From Eledone cirrhosa (Eukaryota), in the NCBI GenBank assembly GCA_964016885.1, contig OZ024745.1:51150001-51214000 (forward strand): a stretch of DNA of 64,000 nt, written 5' to 3'. A program made the translations under genes and the position numbers. The notes beneath the pieces are model-generated. The model saw only the letters and a list, made by a program, of their open reading frames with translations. It had not been told where the DNA came from and searched no databases. Below, piece after piece: positions 54,340 through 64,000 of this stretch (positions are counted from its first letter, which is position 1; each line of letters opens with the position of its first letter).

Positions 54340-54774
54340 TACCTGCAGCCTCAGATATTCAGGACGTATCGGAGAGTTCTTGCTGTTCCCAGCAAGCATG
54401 CCTTTTGAAGTGTTCCAAAAAGCGGGGCTGAACTAATCTTCTTTAACCATCCTTGGAAACTCTTTGAGATAGTACCTAGTGCGCCTATGACAATCGGACG
54501 ATCTTGATTTCATGGCAATTCCCTACTTTCCAGTTAAATAATATCAATGACTGAGACTCAAAGAATAATAATATGTGTATATATAAAGAAAGATTTGTAA
54601 TTACATAAAGCGTTTATTTACACACAGATACACACACACACACACACGCACATACATACACGCGCGCAAACACACACATGTATATATATATATATAGGTA
54701 AAAGATAAATAGAAATAACATATAGTATATGAAAGGAATATATTAGGTTAACGCTTGGAATAGCAGGAAGAGGG

Positions 54775-54811
54775 TCTTAACGTTTCGGACGCTAGTCTTT
54801 CAATCAGAAGA
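54775..54811 (-). ncRNA. Hammerhead-like motif downstream of a PLE GIY-YIG remnant
   Basis: tctt-CTGATTGA-aa-gac-tagc-gtc-c-GAAACGTT-aaga. One extra base in the core and palindromic aacgtt. Confidence 0.55.
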
Positions 54812-55082
54812 AAGAATGAGAAATAAGATAGATTGAAGGGACGGGCGGGTTGGAAATGGAAAAAATGTCTTTAGATAAAAATAACAGGTGCATTCATGTT
54901 GACATCTCTTGGAAAACTGTTGGTTCTGGCGTTTTATGTATGATTTATTTTTTTAGAAAAGTGGATGATGGAGCGCGTCTAACTGAAATGGAAAAAGAAC
55001 CGTTTTGTAAAAAGAGCTATACTTGTACACATGCGTAAGCACGTGTGGTGGTGGTGGTGGTGGTGGTGGTGGTGGTGGTAGT

Positions 55083-55117
<35 letters not shown>

Positions 55118-55312
55118 ATACGTCCGTACGAACCTCAGAAGGAATGTGTGTGTATATGTAAGTAAAAGACTGTGTGTGTTTGTAAGTACGAAGCTACGAG
55201 CAAAAGTATGTTAATAAAAGGGTATGTATGTGTATATATAGTGCAGTGAAGAGAAAAGTGGAGTGTCCATATTTTGTCGGTCTGTATTAGTTGTAAGAGA
55301 ATATGTTTATGA

Positions 55313-55915
55313 TCATGAGAGAGCAATAGGAATGTAGCGCGTGTGATAATGGACGGGGTATAAAAGAAATTGGGGAGGTGAGTTGAGTCCAAGAGGGGAA
55401 TAGGACCCAAGGCGGTGAATTAGACTCTGTTCAGTCATTGTGCAGGAGGCCTGTGATCCATGATGTAAAACTACACCCAGAACTGAGACATGTAGGGAAG
55501 AATGACTAGGAGAACTGAAATGACGGGTGACAGGAGTTTCCAAACCGACTCGTATGTCCCTCAAATGCTCAGCAAAACGGTCCGCCATACAGCGTCCCGT
55601 TTGTCCGATGTATAAAGTCCCGCAAAGGGAACACCGGAGGGCATAGACAACGTGGGTGGATGTGCAGATGAAAGAGTGCCGGATACGGAATGAGGGTGGA
55701 AATGAAGTGTTGCAGCGGGACGAGAAAAAGGATGAGAGCTGGGTGGAGTCGTGGGAGAGGACGAGAAGGAACTGCGTACCGGGTGTCGCGGAGGTTGCGG
55801 GCGCGCTTAAATGCAGTAATGGGTGGATTTGGAAAAAAGCGAGAGGTGACGGGGTCAGAAGAGAGGGAGCGGAAGGAATGGAGGATATGTCCCCGGAGTG
55901 GTATGGTGATGGGGT

Positions 55916-55918
<3 letters not shown>
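55313..55918 (-). pseudogene. Neptune-like PLE GIY-YIG fragment
   Basis: PPITAFKRARNLRD...YIGQTGR..DRFAEHLRDI..PVTRHF..EQSLIHRLGS..PLGLN. Confidence 0.85.
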
Positions 55919-55948
<30 letters not shown>

Positions 55949-55949
55949 C

Positions 55950-56192
55950 CACAGAGAAGACTGAGGTTAGCTGAACATGCTCACCGACATCCAGAGTTGA
56001 CATTGCACTCAGTGCTCCTTTGGGAGCCCCTACATGGACACACTAGAAGAGGAAGACCAAGGTTAACGTATGTTGATGCCCTAAGGACAGACACTGGTCT
56101 GTTGGAGACGCAGGACATGGCAGCGATAATGAGGGACAGAGACCGCTGGAGAGAACTCGTCCATGGATCTCGGGAATTTTACCCGCCTTAGA
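55950..56192 (+). mobile_element. 5'-truncated 3' end of the same RTE family as 18942-19391
   Basis: Near-identical to 19149-19391 and ends at the same point before TA repeats. Confidence 0.9.
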
Positions 56193-56389
56193 ATATATAT
56201 ATATTAATAAGAGGAATTCCAACTTTGTCTGATTTACTCGTTTTATTTACAATCCTTTAAAATTTATAATGGTATTATAATGAAATAGTATGATAGAATA
56301 TTAAATGTTAAATGTTAAGTGTTAATTGAACAAGTAGTTTCATGCTTTCGCAATCTTCAGGTTCATAATGTGTGGTGACAGTCAAGCGG

Positions 56390-56620
56390 TGACAGTTGAA
56401 AATTGCAAACTTGACTTTCTCGAGCCGGGCTTGCCAGTCATTTATGAGTTCAGAGCGAGCAGCTCTCTGGTGCCGATGAGGTTGCTGTCCTCCTTGAATA
56501 TCTTGCGGGGTATTTGTGTCTGGCAACAAAGTCTATAGGTGAGCTGCTGGGCTCAAGCGGCACACGAGGATTCCTAACGAAGAAGTCAATTTCAGTATTT
56601 CCGGGAGCCCCGTGTGTGTC
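56390..56620 (-). pseudogene. Possible hAT transposase C-terminal dimerization-domain remnant
   Basis: EIDFFVRNP..SSPIDF..KYPARYSRRTATSSAPES resembles EL..YL.EP..PL.WW..YP.L..AR..PATS..SER.FS. Confidence 0.45.
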
Positions 56621-56726
56621 AGATATGGAAAACATAATGCAGAAGCATGGCAGGTTTGCGGAGTCATTTGTGGGGTTATGGCCGTTGAGCTCAACATTGA
56701 AGAGATGACCATTTATCATCAACGCG

Positions 56727-56840
<114 letters not shown>

Positions 56841-57061
56841 GAGAAAGACAGAGAGTAATAACAAAGAGAGGACAAGACAGAGAAGGAAAAACAATATTTT
56901 AAGGTGAAACCTTAAAATATTATTAAGGACACAGAACTCCAGGGTCAGCGGCCGTTGATGTGGACTCTGGCAATTTTGACCCCTACAATGGTACTACTTG
57001 CTCACCCGGGGTTACAGCGTCTGACACAAGCCAAACGCTGTCCAGTAGTGTAAGAGACGAG

Positions 57062-57129
<68 letters not shown>

Positions 57130-57254
57130 GTATATATATATATATACAAATGGAAGTTTAGCAAAATCGAAGTGTTGACCGTGGGCAAGCTAACGATATA
57201 CAAACAGGAATGTGCAGCAAAGCACTCGATAAGGTTGTGTCACCTTAGAGTAAT

Positions 57255-57440
57255 AACTGTTTCTACTTTAGGCACAAGGCCAGCAATTATCCAGTACATT
57301 ACTGGTACTTTATGTTATCGACCCCGTAAGGATGAAAGGCAAAGTTAACCTTGGCGGGATTTGAACTCAGACCGTAAAGGGACGTAACTATGCTAGAAAG
57401 CATGGCGTCCAACCCTCTACTGATACTGCCAATCCACCGC
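57255..57440 (-). mobile_element. tRNA-derived SINE with TSD agtaataac
   Basis: SINE consensus with flanking direct repeat. Confidence 0.9.
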
Positions 57441-57456
57441 AGTAATAACATACGTT

Positions 57457-57771
<315 letters not shown>

Positions 57772-58408
57772 ACATAGTACCAACGGAGGAAATTTCAATA
57801 ACATGTATTGAAAATACTTTCTCTTCTATAGAAATAAACAGTAAGCAGGAGAAATTTTGCAAAACGCTTTGTAAGCAAGGGAGATAACTCTATATGTTTC
57901 AATACACGTTGATGTACACTTTATAGTTGCGTGTAAGCCTTCAGACTTGCACATAAAATCGAATATATTTGTTTTGATTTAGTTCAACATTGTTTACTGA
58001 CGGTTAATTTTATGAAAGAAAAAAATTAAATGATATAACAAAAAATTTATAGCATTTCAAAATGAATTTCTCATATATTCTGGGATGTTAATAAACATCT
58101 AGAGCATTGGTAAAAAAAATGAGACTGTCATTTACTTTTATTTTTTCACATGAACTCAACTGAAAAATCAAATTTATTCAGTATATCGCGAATATTAATC
58201 AAACAATTTAATATTTCAATATTTTGTTAATTTCTTTCAAACTTCAGAATAAAATGAGGTAATTGAAACTTTTTTTAAAGGCAATATATTGAGATAGAAC
58301 GTAGTTCGTGTTTCTATAAAAAGGAACGTCGAACTATCACATATTTACCGAATCTGATAATAAATTTCTCCCAAATTATGTATATTACAATATTACTTGT
58401 AAGCTTTA

Positions 58409-58582
58409 AGGCGGTGGATTGGCAGTATCGGTAGAGGGTCGGACGCCATGCTTTGACGCATAGAGAGTTACGGTCCTTGCCATTCTGAGTTCAAATCCCG
58501 CCGAGGTTTACTTTGCCTTTCATCCTTACGGGGTCGATAACATAAAGTGCCAGGCCTTGTGCCAAAATTAGAAACAATTATT
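58409..58582 (+). mobile_element. tRNA-derived SINE with TSD ttgtaagcttta
   Basis: SINE consensus with an internal deletion and flanking direct repeat. Confidence 0.88.
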
Positions 58583-59827
58583 TGTAAGCTTTATTTTTGA
58601 GCATAAATTATTGAGTCACAAATCTTAAAAATTGTATGGAAGTATAGCAAAGATGTCATTTTCTCTCATATCTGAAAAATTTCTCCGGGGAGTAATAAAG
58701 AAGGTCGGAGTATCTGATAGCATGTGAACATCATGAGGTTATGGGAGCTGTAATTGTCTTAGGTACGTATTCATCTGAATCTTTCCGAGTAAATCATGTT
58801 ATTAACCCTGGCACTTGTATTTCTTGTTCCCAAATCTCTGTTATGCTTGAATACGTTTTAAAAGTTTTCAGAGGGGTGTCATATTTCAATCTCAAAATAT
58901 TGTGAGATAGTATAAACAGCAAAGATTTAAGACGGAAGATCTGAATAATATAATTAGATGTTATTTGTTAATGATGTAGCTTTCGACGAAGCTGTGCAGC
59001 AAATATGTAAAGAAAGCAGAAATAATTTAGGAACCTATGCCAAGCACTAAGCTAAGAAAAGTAGTGAATCCTAACCATATTCTTCATATTTTTCGATACA
59101 GAAGCGGATGGCTATGATTTAAGATGTGTAAAACTATTCTACAATTTGTGTACTAGAATTAATGCAAACGTTTCTCAGGATGATATGACAATAATGAGGT
59201 AAACCATGGCAACTGACTCCTTTGGGATATTGCAGCATCGTGTCTAAAATACACAAAAAAAAAAAAATGCGTATGAAGTTATGGAGCTTTCTACTATACT
59301 TTCTATAACTGAGACCTGAACTTCTTTTAGTGTTCTTTTATATTTTCTATAAACATAACATGCGAAGAAACAATGGACATTCCTCAGAGGACATAGTCTG
59401 TAATGTTGCCTTTTTCATGAAAGTTGCTATTTTAGGTATGGAAAGGTTTCTTATGCTGTTTCAAATTAGATATCGTTAAGATAAGTAGAGAAAGCTTGCA
59501 CAAAATTCCCCTTACAGCTGATATTATGATAGTGCATGAAATGCTGGGAAACCACTCGTAAAGTATAATGATAAACTGAAGCTGTATTTATCTAATTCAA
59601 ATATATTCATATCATCCTTTTCTTCGATTGTGTTGACTATCTTAGAATATAATAAAATGTTCTGAATCATCATATGAAGGTAAGTTAACAGAAAACAAAT
59701 TATTCGAATACAATTTGTTACCATTTTACAACAATCATGCAGGGATTTGTGTGTGGTCCAGCTTCGTAATTTTAAAACTAGTCTGATGTCTTAAAGAGAA
59801 GTATCTATTAGGTAATTGGCTGATTGG

Positions 59828-59922
<95 letters not shown>

Positions 59923-60609
59923 ATAGCACCTTTTTCGAATATCGTTGCGACGATCATTGTAAAGAAATGACGTGCTTAAAACGAATAAAGGATACTCGCC
60001 TTCGTTTGATAATTTAAGGGATATCCACAAAATATAGAAAAAGGGAAGCAATGTAATAAGGCCCCAAACTCGAAACTGATTCAATAGGGTTGTATAACAG
60101 ACAAGTATCCGGCACCCAGCTTCTTCTCATAAACAATTTCCAACGTAGTTGATTTTGACGAAGGAGAAACCAAATCGGAATTGCTAAAAGGTATAAATTA
60201 TGGATACAAAGCGTTTACATATGAAAAAATGATGGCTAAAAATCTCGCTGGTGACAATAGAAATAGTGTTGAGGATGAGGACATTGAACCGTTTCCAACG
60301 AAATCCACCTCATTTGATATGCAGGAATCCCATAATATAGCCATTGTGGACATTGGCTTGTTAACAGAATTTGGTGTTCAGCAATATTTTGAATAAGTTT
60401 GATATTCAAAGCAAATCATTACCAGACGTAACTTCAGCCAGATAAACAATATAAACTCTATGCATTATTCAAACTAATTCCGAGATAACTTTGCTGAAGT
60501 TGTTATAATTGATGATGATATTAATGACTCACCTGTGGTGAATTTCTCCAAACACCTCGGATTATCACGATTGGAAACCAAGATCGAGTGGAACATCATA
60601 GGTGTACTA

Positions 60610-60700
60610 AATAATTGTTTCTATTTTTTGGCACAAGGCCAGCAATTACCCACTACATTACTGGTACTTTGTTATCGACCCCGTAAGGATGAAAGGCAAA
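60610..60700 (-). mobile_element. 5'-truncated SINE with TSD aggtgtactaaataat
   Basis: SINE 3' half flanked by a 16-bp direct repeat. Confidence 0.85.
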
Positions 60701-60892
60701 GAGGTGTACTAAATAATAATTATTAATGATATTAATACATTGCGGTATTAAATTTCAAATTTTTATGTTAAATAATTTAATAAAATCCATATATCTGCAT
60801 GTTTTATAAAGTTATATTATGATTACGGTATTTTCTGTGATTTTGTTACCTTTTTATTTTGTTCAAAGTAGAATGTAAATATTTCCAACATT

Positions 60893-60993
<101 letters not shown>

Positions 60994-61112
60994 CAAAGTA
61001 GAATGTAAATATTTCCAACATTGTGTACACACACACACACACACATACGCATATATATATATATGTATATATATATGTATATATATATATATGTATATAT
61101 ATAATAAAATAT

Positions 61113-61172
<60 letters not shown>

Positions 61173-61331
61173 CATATGTATATATATGTATGCACACACA
61201 CACACATACACACACACACATATATATATATATATATTTTGAGTTTATGTTGGTTGTATACCAACACCTCAGTATGCAGGCTGGAGCACTCGACGAAGTG
61301 CGCAGGTTGGTTTGGTTACTCCGGAGTAGTG

Positions 61332-61492
61332 TAAAATAAAGTTAAATAAAAGTCAAATGATTAAAATTTAGCTTCGTTTATTACTGCTATATATATTTCA
61401 GTGACAGCCAAGATGGCTGTCACTGAAATATATATAGCAGTAATAAACGAAGCTAAATTTTAATCATTTGACTTTTATTTAACTTTATTTTA
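61332..61492. repeat. Perfect 79-bp hairpin, 3-nt loop
   Basis: 61332-61410 is the reverse complement of 61414-61492. Apex gtgacagcca-aga-tggctgtcac followed by TGAAATATATA. Confidence 0.92.
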
Positions 61493-63648
61493 TATATATA
61501 TATATATATACACACAGCATTAATTTTTACCTGAGGACACTAATATTTTTGAAATGATCCATAGCCCCTCTTGCATCTATGATACATATCATACGCCACC
61601 AGAAACTGGTTATTGCTAGTAAATACCCAATCAATAAATGATAGAAATTACTCTCCAGATCATGTAATAAAAGAACACCTATTGTCCCATTCCAATATAG
61701 AGGAACTTACACCATCAGCAGCTGCCTATAATGTCTTCAATATTCTACCTTGCCATGAATTTCTACAACCATTTGCAATGCTATCCGCTGGAACTATTGC
61801 ACTGACCTTCGTATCATAACTATATATAGTGTATCTCATCGCCACACCAAAGCGTTATTTGGAAGAGAAATGTATCTTGGTTCAATCTTCGTTTGGATGT
61901 AAATAATTCTACAAATATATGTAAAACCCCATCTCTCTAATTTGACAAGACATCCAAAACACTTATCATTACTGTAAAATCTTTAATTTCTTTGATTTTA
62001 GATTAACATCGTTTTCCTAGAAAACATAGCTCCTAGGAGTAACAACAGAAGCACTGCAAAAACAAAACAAAAAAGCAACAACAAAAACCAAAAGGAAAAA
62101 CCCTACACCCGTCTACATACTTCAACCTGAAACTACCTAAACCCCGGTCACAGTCCAGTAAAGAGACCCCACTTCTAAACAACTATGGTCGATAGTCCTG
62201 ATTATAACACCAGATTTCATAGGGGAACATTTACATAGCTCATGTACTCTGTTTTCTGCAATTTAACTTAATACGCCGCCAAACGAATGCACGTCCTACA
62301 AATTAGCTTGGCCATTTAAGATTTTCTACAATAACCGTTATAAAATGTCTCTGTGGATACATACACACACACAGGCACACTCATATGTACATTATATATG
62401 TACGCGTATGTGTGTGATTGTGATTGCTATCGCGTGTTTGTGTGCGTGTGTTTGTTTATATAAATGGTTACAAGAAACATTGCGCGTTAATAGGAGCTGA
62501 CGTCACAGACAATTGGATGTTTCCATGGAGTTGCTGATCCTGCTAGAAATAACACACACATTTCCTGCATTTCCCCAAATTGCGCATTATTTTTTTAAGA
62601 GAGATACACTGAATAGAATAGTCTGGAAACATACCCCATGGCTATGGCTGAGACACTTTTCATTATAATTTTAATCATTTGGGTCTAACTTGGGGCTAAA
62701 AACAAACATACATAAAAGACACGCAATCATTAGAACAAGTTCTGTACTATAAACTTAATATCGATCGCGCAGAGCTGAACCAGGTTGCACAATAACTAAA
62801 AGAAATATTTAATAAATTTAGAAATTCTTTTATCAATATCATTTTGCCTGAAAAAATCATATTGAGAACATTCTTAACACAATTTTCCTTTCAGACATAA
62901 ATCAATCGAGATATATCGTGCATGCAAATAATTTATTGAAACTAGTTAGATTCTAATAACCTATTTGAACATAGGGACAGCATGTGTAGATTCCGTATTC
63001 ATATAATATATCTTGAGCCAGCCAGCTTGGCGTCACCAGAATTTATTGATGGAAGGACGCTAACACAGTACTCCAAGCTACTAAAGCTCACGCAGTTTTT
63101 GAAAACCTTCTATTAATGTTAAATTGTAACAATCTATTGTACAAATTTACTGCAATTTCGTGGGAATGAGCCAACGAAAGATTCAACTTTTCGACAAAGG
63201 TTTTCCTCTTAGCTATTGCTTCATTAAAATTACTAATTATGTTGTTGTTGAATGTCCTCCTTCACCTCTTCTTCTTCTCCTCCTCCTCCTCCCCTTCATA
63301 ATCATCATCATCATCTTCTTGTTTTTGTTCTTGTTCTTGTTCTTTTTCATCCTCACACGTGCGTTAATATTCTCTTTTGAATCTACCGTGAGTGGTCGTT
63401 GCTTATGTGTTTAGTAAGATTACCGATAAGTGGGTCTTTGGTCTTATGGTGTCTTTTATTTACTATTAATATCACTTCTATTGCCCCCTGAAACAGCTGT
63501 ATAGAAATTTCTGAATTTTACCATCTTTATGTAATTTCTTTTACTTGCTATTCGATTTTCCTTCCGTAATACATCCATGTAATATGTATATATATATATA
63601 TAGCCGTCGAAACGGCTTGAGCTCTGCCGTCGGGGTCATACTTGTTCC

Positions 63649-63729
<81 letters not shown>

Positions 63730-64000
63730 GTGTGTATGTGTGTGTGTATCTGGGTATATGTATGTATGTTTATATATGTGGATGGTAAGAACCGATCTCT
63801 CAAAAACTCTATGTAAGTAAATTCACTTACCCTTAGATCTTCGTACGTCATTGCACCTATATAAATATACAAACACGCATAGTATGTCTAGACAATTTCT
63901 TACCATTACATTATTGTGCTCCTAATGAAATTTTAAAATTGTAGTTCTGACTTTAGGTTCTAAAAGTGACTATTTTTAACACCTTAGTTAACCTGTACAT

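Noticed and set aside
58800-60540. Possible piggyBac relic (ttaaccc at ~58802, faint peptide resemblance)
   Set aside because: I found no matching second TIR and no convincing catalytic motifs.

Overview
Eukaryotic, AT-rich, microsatellite-saturated DNA, most likely an octopod cephalopod (inferred from the abundant tRNA-derived Nin-type SINE and dense (TA)n/(CA)n runs). I found no host protein-coding exon; most short ORFs in the track are microsatellite artefacts. The window is a mosaic of transposable elements, many inserted in (TA)n runs: an intact Naiad-like Penelope-like element (PLE, 31240-33369), a nearly intact two-ORF Neptune-like PLE with a U_UUU_UUA -1 frameshift signal (minus, ~36004-39430), a decayed autonomous Helitron plus a non-autonomous relative, a DD37D maT transposon, RTE, R4/Dong, CRE and Tx1-like LINE remnants, about 12 SINE copies and a 40-bp satellite with 240-bp higher-order structure. 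A layer the ORF track does not show is about 15 type I hammerhead ribozyme (HHR) motifs read by eye. Some lie in non-coding 412-471 nt tandem units that look like retrozymes. Many short insertions are fold-backs, several turning at the HHR stem II. All folds are by inspection and none were computed.
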